Positions 38,631 to 49,013 are shown, counted from the first letter of the stretch. The stretch is DNA of 64,000 bases from Promethearchaeia archaeon (GCA_029856155.1 JAHQWL010000023.1:1-64000), one strand, 5' to 3'. Program-made: numbers and translations. The notes: a model not told the origin generated them from the sequence alone.

Positions 38631-39515
38631 TTATTTTACCAGTTTTACAATATCTTCCTTTATTTCAATGAAACCTTCTTTTTGTAATTGATTAAGTATC
38701 TTTTTTAATCTCTCAGAGTCATCAATTTTAATTTTTTTTTGGATTTCTTTAATTTTAATTGTTTTGTTATTAATTAACATTTTCAGAATCTTTCCTCTAA
38801 TTTGTCTTGATGATCCTTTAAATGGTGCTTGCTTTCGATAATGAGCACTTTTTTTATTCAATTCTGGGTGTGTTTTTTTAAGCATTACTCCATAATCCAT
38901 GAGAGCATAATACCATTTTCTAGGATTATTCTTATCAACAGTAAATCTTACAATTGGTAAAATTTCTTTATCATGAACATTAGTTTTTTTAGGAAAGAAA
39001 AAGTAAATATACACTCTTCTTACATTGGTCTCAATAAAGGCTGTAGGTTTATTGAAGGCAAATGTTATGATTGATGAAGCTGTATTATGACCTATTTGAG
39101 GAAAAGATTCCAATGTTTCTTTAGAGTTTGGAAGCTCTCCGTCATAATCTCTGACAACAATTTCTGCAATCTTTTTTAATGCTATAGCTCTTCTATTATA
39201 TCCTAAACCTTTCCATTCTCTAAGAATAACATCAAGTGGAGCTTGAGATAATGTTAAAAAGTCTGGAAATTTTTCTGTGAATTTCAAAAACTTTTCTGAT
39301 ACCCTCTCTGTTTGAGTTTGTTGAAGCATAATTTCTGAAACTAATACATTATAGGGAGTAGTATTTTCTCTGAAAGGAAATTTTCTCTTATGATTTATAA
39401 AGTATTCGTAAATATAGTTCTGAAATAAGTTAATGACTTCATATGTTAATCCTTTTTCTTTATATGATTTATAGAAGTCAGTAATGAATAAATTTTCATT
39501 AATTCTAGACATCAA
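38631..39515 (-). CDS. MutY-like HhH-GPD DNA glycosylase without Fe-S cluster
   Basis: VSEIMLQQTQ, WKGLGYNRRA, PQIGHNTA, IETNVRRV, ALMDYG; no CX6CX2CX5C. Confidence 0.9.
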   Translation of the reverse strand: MMSRINENLFITDFYKSYKEKGLTYEVINLFQNYIYEYFINHKRKFPFRENTTPYNVLVSEIMLQQTQTERVSEKFLKFTEKFPDFLTLSQAPLDVILREWKGLGYNRRAIALKKIAEIVVRDYDGELPNSKETLESFPQIGHNTASSIITFAFNKPTAFIETNVRRVYIYFFFPKKTNVHDKEILPIVRFTVDKNNPRKWYYALMDYGVMLKKTHPELNKKSAHYRKQAPFKGSSRQIRGKILKMLINNKTIKIKEIQKKIKIDDSERLKKILNQLQKEGFIEIKEDIVKLVK

Positions 39516-39606
39516 GAACCAACAAATGAATAGTAAGTTTGTTTAACTACTCATGGAAAAATAACTTATGGATTTTAAATTATAATTATTGCTAAACGTT
39601 TTATTT

Positions 39607-41511
39607 TTAATTAAGATCGAAAGCAAACACAGTAACTCCTCCCTCTATTCTTTTAAGGGTTAATGAATAACCCGAGCTATTAATAATATGAAGCATTGAT
39701 TTGTTTTCAAGCAAAATTGAACCAGAAAATGTTCTATAATTAAGCTCTTTTCCAATCTTTACCAAATAATTTAACAAAAATTTAGTTATTCCTAGATTTC
39801 TCCAATCTTTATCAACAACAAATGCTAATTCCGCAATAGAAGGCTGATACGCTTTGAAAAAAGCACCTAAAGCGATTATTTTATTCTCCCCATTCTCGCT
39901 AATCTCTGCTACCAAAATCATGTCAGTGGCGTAATCTATGTTCACCATTGGTTGCATTTTTCTATGCCTAAAATCTTTAATAGGGGTAAAAAATCTTAAA
40001 TATCTATCTCGCTCATCTAAGGAATAATGAAGTTCTTGAATCATCCTTTCATCCGTAGTTCTAACAGGACGAATTTTTATTGTTTTTCCATTTTTAAGCT
40101 TTAAAGAGGTTTCATACTTTTCAGGATAAATACTTATTCTTCCATCAATTGAAATGGGTAATTTCTGGTCTGAATACACGTACTTCCACTTTTTTGCATG
40201 TTCCAATAAACCTTCCCGAAAATCGGGATGAGCAATATTTATCATTTCGAGTACCCTTTCTCGAATACTTTTTCCATAAAGATATGCAATACCCCATTCA
40301 GTTACTATATAATGGATGTCTCCTCTTGTTATTACGACTCCAGATCCCGGTTGCAGGAAAGGAACTATTCTAGACACTAAAGTACCGTCCTTTAATTTCG
40401 CAGTAGAAGGTACAGTCATAATAGGTTTTCCATCTATAGCTCTTCCAGCACCTCTTACAAAGTCAACTTGTCCACCAATTCCGCTATAAAATCTGTGACC
40501 TAAGGAATCTGAATTTACTTGACCCGTCAAATCAACACTTAATGCGGCATTTATGGCTACTTGCTTTTTATTTTGACTTATTATATATGGATCATTTGTA
40601 TAATCACATGGATGAAACTCTACCATCGGATTATCATCAACAAAATTATACAATCTTTTTGAACCCATAACAAATGAACAAATAATCTTATCTTTATGCA
40701 AAGTCTTCTTCTTACAAGTTATTACACCATTTTCCACAAGATCCACAATCCCATCTGAAAAAACCTCGCTATGAACACCTAAGTCTCTCTTATCCAGTAA
40801 TTGTTTTGTGACTGCATTAGGAATCTCACCAATTCCCATTTGAATTGTTGATTCATCTTCAATTAAAGAGGCAACAAATTTAGCTATTCTATTGGAAATA
40901 TCGTCTAGCTCACCATAAGTAAATTCAATAATATCATGCTCACTTAACACAAAAGCATCAATATCATCCATATGAATAAATGAATCACCTAAAGTACGAG
41001 GCATTTTTGGATTTATCTCTGCTACAACTTTTTCAGCAGATTCAGCTATTGGTTTAACAATATCAACGTTAATTCCATAACTACAGAATCCATATCGGTC
41101 AGGCGGACTTACTTGGATTAGAGCTGTATCTACATGCATTTTTCCCGTGGTAAATAATTTTGGAATTTCAGAAAGAAGCATTGGAGTATAGTCTGCTTGT
41201 CCTATTTCCACATATTTGCGTAATGATTTTCCTATAAAAAAAGCGTTATGTCTAAATAAATCTTCTATACTACCAGCAGTTTCATAATAATCCAAATCAC
41301 TAAGGCTGAGGAAATGTAATATTTCTACATCCGGAAGTTTCAATCCAAGTTCAATTAATTTTTTAGTAAGATCAATAGGCTCAGCACATCCAGAATCGAT
41401 AAATATTCTATCTCCGGGGTTAATATAGTTTTTAATTGCATTATCAAATGAAACTTTTTTCTTACTATAATCTTCTAATGTGTCCGGGAGACTCTTGTTC
41501 GTATTTGACAA
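39607..41511 (-). CDS. Acetyl-CoA hydrolase/4-hydroxybutyrate CoA-transferase fused to a C-terminal GNAT
   Basis: QVSPPD..G..S.G, QMGIG.IP, LGVHSE, SGIGGQVDFVRGA, VTEWG; GNAT RYLRFF..AELAFVV...W..LGI. Confidence 0.93.
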   Translation of the reverse strand: MSNTNKSLPDTLEDYSKKKVSFDNAIKNYINPGDRIFIDSGCAEPIDLTKKLIELGLKLPDVEILHFLSLSDLDYYETAGSIEDLFRHNAFFIGKSLRKYVEIGQADYTPMLLSEIPKLFTTGKMHVDTALIQVSPPDRYGFCSYGINVDIVKPIAESAEKVVAEINPKMPRTLGDSFIHMDDIDAFVLSEHDIIEFTYGELDDISNRIAKFVASLIEDESTIQMGIGEIPNAVTKQLLDKRDLGVHSEVFSDGIVDLVENGVITCKKKTLHKDKIICSFVMGSKRLYNFVDDNPMVEFHPCDYTNDPYIISQNKKQVAINAALSVDLTGQVNSDSLGHRFYSGIGGQVDFVRGAGRAIDGKPIMTVPSTAKLKDGTLVSRIVPFLQPGSGVVITRGDIHYIVTEWGIAYLYGKSIRERVLEMINIAHPDFREGLLEHAKKWKYVYSDQKLPISIDGRISIYPEKYETSLKLKNGKTIKIRPVRTTDERMIQELHYSLDERDRYLRFFTPIKDFRHRKMQPMVNIDYATDMILVAEISENGENKIIALGAFFKAYQPSIAELAFVVDKDWRNLGITKFLLNYLVKIGKELNYRTFSGSILLENKSMLHIINSSGYSLTLKRIEGGVTVFAFDLN

Positions 41512-41682
41512 AAAATCACCTTTATATCTAGTACATACATTTAAAATAGTTCTTTTTGGATTTTAAATATAATTATGTTTTATGAGCGTAAATATAATGT
41601 TAAAGATAAATAATCAATAATAAATATTTAATTTCTTTTTAGAACTTATATTTCTATATTAAATGATTTTCTAAGATTTTAA

Positions 41683-42021
41683 ATGGGAAAAGATAAGGTT
41701 GATATTGAAGATTTAGAAGCATTCATTAATGGATTGAAAGATTCATTTGATACTTTAGAGAACATTGATCCAACACAAGCCAAGGGTTTCCAAGCACAAA
41801 TGGCAAAAGCTATTTCAGATTTAAGGTCTAAAAGAGCTGCAAAAATTGAACCTCTTCCAAAACATATAGGCCACTTTACAAAAGAAGATCTTAAAAACTA
41901 CTTATTAAAGGAGCTAGAGTCTTTACAAGATCTTTTAGATTCTTCTGATTATAATAGGAGAATAAAATTTGAATTAGTAAAAAAAATTGCTCTAATACGG
42001 GAGCAAGTAAATAATATGTAG
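41683..42021 (+). CDS. Hypothetical helical protein
   Basis: 112-aa ORF. Confidence 0.7.
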   Translation: MGKDKVDIEDLEAFINGLKDSFDTLENIDPTQAKGFQAQMAKAISDLRSKRAAKIEPLPKHIGHFTKEDLKNYLLKELESLQDLLDSSDYNRRIKFELVKKIALIREQVNNM

Positions 42022-42050
42022 ACTTTTTATTTTTTTAATATTAAGAGGTT

Positions 42051-42812
42051 TTGAAAATGCTGATAGATGTACATTGTCATGCTAATCTCTATTTAGTTCT
42101 TGAGGAAATCATTAAAGATGCAAAAAATGTAGGAGTACAAAAGATAATCTCTGTAGGAATGAGTTTTATTAGTTTAGAAAGGATCTTAGAAATTTCAAAC
42201 AATTTTGATACAATTTATCCTGCTTTAGGTATCCACCCAGAAGAAGTGACGATGAATAAAAATATTGAGAATCAAATAGATTTAGTTATTAATTTAATTA
42301 AACAGAATAAAGAAAATATATGTGCCATTGGAGAAATCGGTTTGGATCATCACTTTATTAAAGAAAAAGAGCTATACCCACTTCAAAAAAAAATTTTTAA
42401 AAATATGCTTTCACTGGCCCAAGAATTAGATTTACCTGTTAATTTACATACAAAGGGAGCAGAAAAAATAGTTTTTGACATGTTACCATCATATAAAATT
42501 CCAAATATAAATATTCATTGGTATTCTGGTCCTGAAGATCTTCTGAATATAGGAATTGATAGAGGTTATTACTTCTCAATTACTCCTGCAATTAAATACT
42601 CTCCAGCAGTCAAAAAGACAGTAGAAAAGGTTGACAAAGAATTACTTTTACTTGAGAGTGATGGCCCAGTTAAATATTCGGGAAAAATCGGTACACCTGC
42701 AATGATTAGAGAAGTGTTAAATACAATCTCTAATATTAAAAAAATTGATCCTAAAGATTTAGAATTGCAGATTGAAGAAAACACTAAGAAAATTTTTCCT
42801 AAAATCTTTTGA
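42051..42812 (+). CDS. tatD: TatD-family nuclease
   Basis: DVHCH, GIHPE, IGEIGLD, LH, IHWYSG, LESDGP. Confidence 0.95.
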   Translation: MKMLIDVHCHANLYLVLEEIIKDAKNVGVQKIISVGMSFISLERILEISNNFDTIYPALGIHPEEVTMNKNIENQIDLVINLIKQNKENICAIGEIGLDHHFIKEKELYPLQKKIFKNMLSLAQELDLPVNLHTKGAEKIVFDMLPSYKIPNINIHWYSGPEDLLNIGIDRGYYFSITPAIKYSPAVKKTVEKVDKELLLLESDGPVKYSGKIGTPAMIREVLNTISNIKKIDPKDLELQIEENTKKIFPKIF

Positions 42813-42819
42813 ATTTTCT

Positions 42820-43872
42820 TTAGTTACCTTTAAGAGTTTTTTCTATACCTTCCCAAAGACCGGATATATAAATTGAACCAAGAGCTCTATCATATAATCC
42901 ATATCCGGGACGTCCTTTTTCTCCCCAAATCATTCTCCCATGGTCAGGACGAATCGCACCTGTGAAACCTACTTCTATAAAAGCTTTAATTACTTCATAC
43001 ATATTAATATCGCCAAATTCAGTAGGGTGTTCAACTTCATGAAAACTATATTCACCCGTATGTTTGATATTACGGCAATGAGCAAATGGAATACGTTCCA
43101 TAGCACCAAACTTTCTTATACTTTTTATTAAATCTATTTTTGGATTTGCACCCAAAGAGCCTGTACAAAAAGTTATTCCATTTGAGGGGCTATCAATAAT
43201 CTTTACAAAATGTTCTAAAGCAGCCTCATCAGTAATTATACGAGGTAAATTAAATATAGGCCATGGGGGATCATCGGGATGAATACCCATTTTAACACCA
43301 GATTCTTCTGCAACGGGAATAACTTGCTTTAAGAAATATTCCAAATTTAACCATAGTTTCTTTTCATCAGTATCGGAATAAGCATCTAATAGGTCATCCA
43401 ATTCTTTTTTTTTATATTGAGTTGCCCAACCAGGCAGTTCTAATGAATCTTTCCTAAGATTGAAATTTTTTAATTTTTCATGATCATAACTTAGAACATT
43501 TGAGCCATCAGAGATTTCCAAATTAAGTTCAGTACGCGTCCAATCAAAAATCGGCATAAAGTTATAGCATAAAACTCTTATACCAAGAGAACCCATATTA
43601 CGAATACTTTGACAATAGTTCTCTATAAATTTGTCGCGAGTGGGAAGCCCAAGCTTGATATCTTCGTGAACAGGTATACTTTCGATTACTGAAAATTTTA
43701 AACCTACAGCTTCAATCTTTTTTTTAAGCAATCTTAATTTATCAATAGGCCATACTTCACCTACTGGCACATCATATAATGCTGATACAATTCCAGTTAC
43801 TCTCGGGATCTGTTTTATATACTTTAGAGGGATTAGATCGATATCACCATACCAGCGGAATGTCATTTCCAT
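42820..43872 (-). CDS. uxuA: Mannonate dehydratase
   Basis: MTFRWYG, ESIPVHEDIK, CYNFMP..DWTRT, IHPDDPP, RPDHG, GYGLYDRALG. Confidence 0.97.
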   Translation of the reverse strand: MEMTFRWYGDIDLIPLKYIKQIPRVTGIVSALYDVPVGEVWPIDKLRLLKKKIEAVGLKFSVIESIPVHEDIKLGLPTRDKFIENYCQSIRNMGSLGIRVLCYNFMPIFDWTRTELNLEISDGSNVLSYDHEKLKNFNLRKDSLELPGWATQYKKKELDDLLDAYSDTDEKKLWLNLEYFLKQVIPVAEESGVKMGIHPDDPPWPIFNLPRIITDEAALEHFVKIIDSPSNGITFCTGSLGANPKIDLIKSIRKFGAMERIPFAHCRNIKHTGEYSFHEVEHPTEFGDINMYEVIKAFIEVGFTGAIRPDHGRMIWGEKGRPGYGLYDRALGSIYISGLWEGIEKTLKGN

Positions 43873-43899
43873 TTTAATTCACCTTAAATAATTAAAATT

Positions 43900-44757
43900 T
43901 TACACACCCGCATATGCAGAAAACCCACCATCGACGGGGATTACAATTCCATTAACAAAACTAGAAGCTTTTTCATCAATTAACCATAGAAGAGTTCCAA
44001 TTAATTCTTCTGGTTCGCCAAAACGTCCCATTGGAGTGTTATTAAGAATTTTTTCTGCTCGAGTGTTAAATGAACCATCTTTATTAGTTAATAATATACG
44101 ATTTTGTTCTGTTAAAAAAAAGCCCGGTGCTATAGCATTAACGCGGATGTTTACTTTAGACATATGTACTGCCAACCACTGAGTAAAGTTACTTACTGCT
44201 GCTTTTGCGGCACTGTAGGCGGGGATTTTAGTTAAAGGACGAATGGCATTCATTGATGCTATATTAATAATTATAGCCTCTTTTTCAGTTATCATTTTTT
44301 TAGCAAACGCTTGAGTTGATAAAAACATTCCAATAAAATTCAAATTGAAGATAAATTCAATGCCTTCTTTTTCTAAATCAAAAAAAGTAATAATTTCTTT
44401 TTGTTTATTTGTTAAATCTTCCTTGGTTAGATATTCCTTTGATGTTGTAGCTTTTGGATGATTTCCTCCTGCTCCATTTATCAAGATACTCCAAGAGCCA
44501 AATTCTTTTGAAATAATTCTTTCAGCTTTCTGTAGACTTTCCATATCTAATACATTTGCCTTAACAGCGATTGCAACTCCTTGTTTTGCTGCAATTTTAT
44601 CCACTAGGTTCTCAGCCGCATCTTTATTAATGTCGATAATAGCAACTTTAACTCCACATGCTGCCAGAGCTTCTGAAAAACATCCACAGAGGACCCCAGC
44701 ACCACCCGTTATTATTGCAACTTTATCTTTTAAATTGCTCTTGAAAGGTAAATTCAT
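43900..44757 (-). CDS. uxuB: SDR D-mannonate oxidoreductase (UxuB-like)
   Basis: TGGAGVL, NGAGGNHP, PLTKIPAYSAAK, PGFFLTEQN, DGGFSAY; upstream of uxuA. Confidence 0.88.
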   Translation of the reverse strand: MNLPFKSNLKDKVAIITGGAGVLCGCFSEALAACGVKVAIIDINKDAAENLVDKIAAKQGVAIAVKANVLDMESLQKAERIISKEFGSWSILINGAGGNHPKATTSKEYLTKEDLTNKQKEIITFFDLEKEGIEFIFNLNFIGMFLSTQAFAKKMITEKEAIIINIASMNAIRPLTKIPAYSAAKAAVSNFTQWLAVHMSKVNIRVNAIAPGFFLTEQNRILLTNKDGSFNTRAEKILNNTPMGRFGEPEELIGTLLWLIDEKASSFVNGIVIPVDGGFSAYAGV

Positions 44758-44841
44758 ATAAATCTCACGAATTTTTAATTGAATTTAAGTAATTTAAAGG
44801 AAAAAATAATAATTCCTAATATAATATTGCATACTATAGTA

Positions 44842-45846
44842 TTAGTCTTTTTCCATGAACTTAATAATTTCTTCTGGGAGTTCTCCTTTATTTTTCATAC
44901 GAAATAACATATCTTTTACTTCAGAGATTGTATTTCCATAAATGTGTAGAGAATTACTGAAATCTAAATAATGTCCAATATCAACTCCTAGTTGATCAGC
45001 AACATATTTTTGAATCCTTATCATCCCATTTACATTAGCTTCCCATGCTCTAAATAGATCTCTGCTTCTCCAAGTTGTTTGCATTATTAGTTTCCTATCT
45101 TTTATACGCATAAAGATACGTTGTAAACAAGGAGGATCTACATGATAAGGATCTACTAGCGGTCTCCATGTTATTGCTTGCGCTCGACGGCTATATGGTT
45201 TTTCTCTCAATTTCTGAATTATATATTCGATTTGATTAATTCTTGGAAAATTTAAAATCCCTATTGGTATTTTATCTATACCAATTTTATCTGAAATTTT
45301 TTTGTCTAATTCAAATTCTACACCATCTTTTAGCTTCCATATAACTGTATCTTCTGAAGTTTTTATCTTTTCTGCTTTAATTAACTTCTGATGGTTTTTT
45401 ATAAAATCATTATCCACAAATTCTAAATCATAATATTTATGAATTGTATCTTCAAGAGCAAATGGAGCATAATTGAAAATTCTATCATGGTATGAATATG
45501 GAAAACTCACTCCAGACTCATATAAAAAATGATCATTTACTCCTTCTAAAATCTCTTCAATATAACCGCTCTGTATAGATCCAACTAAATAGGTATCTGC
45601 CATACAGCCATAGATTTCATAAGAATTTCCATACTTTGATTTAATTTTCATAATTTTGTCCTTTCGCATAATAGGACTGTTAAATGGATTAATGATTTCT
45701 ATTAATACTGTAGCATCTTTAGATGGTGGATCTTCAGGTTTATCATATTCAGTTTTTATATCATCTCCATTGAATAATACTTGCCCCACAGCTGAAAGCC
45801 ACGAGTCTCGAACATTATCTTTTGAAATGAAAAAAACTTTTGCCAT
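44842..45846 (-). CDS. thyA: Archaeal-type thymidylate synthase with internal insertion
   Basis: YSYHDRI, SRRAQAITW.P, PPCLQ, WRSRD...AN, SLHIY. Confidence 0.85.
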   Translation of the reverse strand: MAKVFFISKDNVRDSWLSAVGQVLFNGDDIKTEYDKPEDPPSKDATVLIEIINPFNSPIMRKDKIMKIKSKYGNSYEIYGCMADTYLVGSIQSGYIEEILEGVNDHFLYESGVSFPYSYHDRIFNYAPFALEDTIHKYYDLEFVDNDFIKNHQKLIKAEKIKTSEDTVIWKLKDGVEFELDKKISDKIGIDKIPIGILNFPRINQIEYIIQKLREKPYSRRAQAITWRPLVDPYHVDPPCLQRIFMRIKDRKLIMQTTWRSRDLFRAWEANVNGMIRIQKYVADQLGVDIGHYLDFSNSLHIYGNTISEVKDMLFRMKNKGELPEEIIKFMEKD

Positions 45847-46138
45847 TTTTGAGCATCTTGAAAAAAATATTTCAATATATATTGATATAGATATTTAATA
45901 TTTACAATATTAGAATGCAATTGTTAAAAATTTAATAAACTTCTATTGAGTATTATAAATTTTTAATTTTCATATATAAGTATATTTTTGTTTACGGTTA
46001 TTTGACAATTTCATAACATTTATAATGCCCAAATTTACATTATGTTAATATAAGAATATGCAAATATTTTATCAGAATTTATTTTAAAGAAATAAATATG
46101 AATAACAAAATAATAAACTAACAATTGGTTGAAGTATT

Positions 46139-46339
46139 ATGGGTGACGATAAGGAAAAAAAGAAAAAAAGTAAATTTGGAAAGAATTTAAAGAAAGGTTT
46201 TGCAAAGGGGTTAGGGAAAATAGTGGAAGGAGTTACTGGCTCAGAAGCAGCAGGTAAAGGTGTAAAAAAAACTGTTAAATCTGGAAGCGTGAAGAAAGGG
46301 ATTAAGAAGGGAGTTAAGGAAGCAAAAGAGGATGATTAA
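46139..46339 (+). CDS. Small Lys/Gly-rich protein
   Basis: 66-aa ORF standing alone in AT-rich DNA, purine-rich coding bias. Confidence 0.65.
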   Translation: MGDDKEKKKKSKFGKNLKKGFAKGLGKIVEGVTGSEAAGKGVKKTVKSGSVKKGIKKGVKEAKEDD

Positions 46340-46459
46340 TTCTATTTAAGAAATTAAAATTTTTATCTTAACTTTTTATTTTTTATTATCATTAAATTTT
46401 TAATGACTAGACTTTATTAAATTTATAGAAATTATTAATAGAAGAGTTTATATCTAAAT

Positions 46460-46750
46460 ATGAAATTAAATCTCGAATTTTCTCCACCTTTTAACGAAGT
46501 AACTAAAAACCTGTTTGAAGTTCTCGAATTTGATAAAGAATTGACTTTGGATGAATTAATAGAATTTTTTGGGAAAAAGTATGGCAATGAGATTTTAGAC
46601 TTAATCTGGGAAAAAGGAGAGAAAGGAAAATTTCAAAAACTAATTTCAATTATTATTAATGGAAGGAGTTATCGTGATAATAAATTTTTAGAAACAAAGC
46701 TGAAAGATGGAGACCAGATTGTATTTATATATATCTATTTTGGAGGGTAA
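46460..46750 (+). CDS. MoaD/ThiS/SAMP ubiquitin-like protein
   Basis: IIINGR..L.T.LKDGD.I and C-terminal GG. Confidence 0.9.
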   Translation: MKLNLEFSPPFNEVTKNLFEVLEFDKELTLDELIEFFGKKYGNEILDLIWEKGEKGKFQKLISIIINGRSYRDNKFLETKLKDGDQIVFIYIYFGG

Positions 46751-46792
46751 TTTTCCTTAATTTTACATCATCATTTTTTACCTGACACTATT

Positions 46793-47824
46793 TTAAAGCA
46801 AATATATTATCCACATTCCAAATCCAGTTAATATCGGATTTAAAATATTGTCAGAAATATTCTTTGTAAAAGCATCTACTAATAAAAATAATATAGTAGC
46901 AATCAGACCCATAAGAATAATTTTTTCAATACTAACTGATAACCAAGGATTATAAAACACTGAAATTAAAAAAACTATTATAAAGGTCGCAAAACCACCA
47001 GCGATGAACCCTTCAATAGTTTTTTTATTATTTGTTTTAAGCCTATGTTTCCCATATTTTTTACCTATTAGACACGCTACCGCATCAGCTCCAGTAGCTA
47101 TTAAAGCGACTGATGCAAGAATTGGAAAAGGTGCGAATATAAAAGGAACAAAAGATAGAACTAAAGGTGTAGATGCTACGAATGTGTGTAATTCACTTTG
47201 TTTCATATCTTGATACCAACGTTTAGCCCAATTAGGAAGCATATAAAATCTATTTAATCGTGCCAAATCCGCAACTTGAAACATTATAACAAAACTAAAT
47301 CCTACAGTGATTATCAACCAGTATGAGAAACTATAATTATCTAATCCCCATTGAGTTAAAATGCCTAGATGATTAAGGATCGTTCCTAATGTCCAAAAGA
47401 AAAAAATTACAAAACAAGTAAACAGATGCAGAAATTTTCTCCCTAATTCACTTTTTAAATCATCTTTCCAATTTTTGTTAAATTCATCACAGAATTTACC
47501 ATAATCTCTTTCTGCCATAATTTTTGGATTTCTTTTTGAGATGATAGTATTATAGATTAATGTAAGAGCCCAAACTCCCATCTCAATCAAAAAAAAGAGG
47601 GATGTCGAGAGCCATAAATAATTCAATGAATTTTGACTCAAATTGGGTGAATGAAAACGATATATAAAAGGAAATAAAATTCCTGCTAATAAAAACAGTA
47701 ATGATAATAATAACTCATTGGCAAATAAATGATTTTCAACCTTAGTTTTTCTATTTTTTATAATATAAATTAATGTTAAAATAAAATATCCAATGAAGAT
47801 TAGGCTTGTAGGTAAAAAATTCAT
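46793..47824 (-). CDS. CTP-dependent polyprenol/diacylglycerol kinase family
   Basis: ELGRKFLH, GADAVACLIGKKYGK, KKTIEG..AG, SDN. Confidence 0.85.
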   Translation of the reverse strand: MNFLPTSLIFIGYFILTLIYIIKNRKTKVENHLFANELLLSLLFLLAGILFPFIYRFHSPNLSQNSLNYLWLSTSLFFLIEMGVWALTLIYNTIISKRNPKIMAERDYGKFCDEFNKNWKDDLKSELGRKFLHLFTCFVIFFFWTLGTILNHLGILTQWGLDNYSFSYWLIITVGFSFVIMFQVADLARLNRFYMLPNWAKRWYQDMKQSELHTFVASTPLVLSFVPFIFAPFPILASVALIATGADAVACLIGKKYGKHRLKTNNKKTIEGFIAGGFATFIIVFLISVFYNPWLSVSIEKIILMGLIATILFLLVDAFTKNISDNILNPILTGFGMWIIYLL

Positions 47825-47894
47825 ATTGTTAACCTTTAAAGGTGAATAGTTTAAAAATTTTTACAGCTTCAGACAAATTCAATTTCACTCCTAA

Positions 47895-49013
47895 TTAAAA
47901 CCACATTAAGATAAATGAATAATAATTAAAGTTAAGAAAGTATCTTAAGAGCACAAATATTAGACTACAACCAATTGGGATTAGGAGATTATCTGACAGT
48001 TTAATAGGTTTATTTGTGAAAATATCAAAAATTAAAAATGCTAAAGAAAAAATTACGCCCCAATAAATCCCGATAAAGAAAAAGCAAATAATAAAGGTTG
48101 TAAACATTCCTGCTAATGATCCTTCCCATGTCTTTTTTTTGTTCCACAGAATATTACTGGTTCCGAATCTTATACCAACTTGACTTGTAGCCAAATCACT
48201 AATAGAACTTATACCTAAAATAGTAAAAAAAACCATTGGAGGACAAATAAAAGCAGCAAACATTTGACCAATCGCAAAATAAAGATATGTACCAAAATTT
48301 TCTCTCTCCTCATCAGAAAGATATAGCTTTGGGAAAATAGTAAAAGGGAATGAAAAAAAGCGAGTTTTACGTGCAAACTCATTAGCAAGCATAAATAAAC
48401 TTAATATATAAAAAAAGAAAAACAGGAGATAATAAAACCACCCAAATGAAAACATAATATCCCTAATTGAATTTGGTTCATTTAGAATTCTAATATACAC
48501 TAATAACATATTATTTTCGGTAGGAATCATTCCAGTTGAGGACCCTGTAAAAAATACTACCAGATATAGTCCAATGTACCACACAACTAGAAGACCAATG
48601 AATATTAAAATATGATTTAGCTTTCGAAAGGTGTCTTTTTTAGCTTTGCTCCAGAGCTTACGTTTCTCTAACAATTTATTATTAAACTTTGAAAAATCTT
48701 TTCTTAGTTTTTTTTTATTTAGAGATACTACCCCCGTAGATATTATTATTAGTACCACTACAAAAGCCAATGGAATCCCTAAAGCAAAAAAAAACAAAGG
48801 AACTATAATTGGTGGTAGCAATATTTCCTGATTCATTAATATTAGAAATATAGCGATATGAATAAATACAAAAAATAGAGTGCCAAATCCAAATAAATTA
48901 TTTAAAATATCGGGTTTATATGAAAAATGGATATAATTAAAAAGAATAAGAAAATAAGAGAAAATAATTAAGGAGAACCAGATTAGAATGTATTCCATAA
49001 TTTTTATAACCAA
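47895..49013 (-). CDS. CTP-dependent polyprenol/diacylglycerol kinase family (second paralog)
   Basis: FRKLNH, SD...QVG..FG, KKTWEGSLAG, SDNL.IP. Confidence 0.85.
   Translation of the reverse strand: MVIKIMEYILIWFSLIIFSYFLILFNYIHFSYKPDILNNLFGFGTLFFVFIHIAIFLILMNQEILLPPIIVPLFFFALGIPLAFVVVLIIISTGVVSLNKKKLRKDFSKFNNKLLEKRKLWSKAKKDTFRKLNHILIFIGLLVVWYIGLYLVVFFTGSSTGMIPTENNMLLVYIRILNEPNSIRDIMFSFGWFYYLLFFFFYILSLFMLANEFARKTRFFSFPFTIFPKLYLSDEERENFGTYLYFAIGQMFAAFICPPMVFFTILGISSISDLATSQVGIRFGTSNILWNKKKTWEGSLAGMFTTFIICFFFIGIYWGVIFSLAFLIFDIFTNKPIKLSDNLLIPIGCSLIFVLLRYFLNFNYYSFILMWF

Noticed and set aside
44842-45846. dCMP hydroxymethylase (DNA hypermodification) or intein-containing gene
   Set aside because: It has Asn rather than Asp at the specificity position, no modification genes lie nearby, and there are no intein motifs
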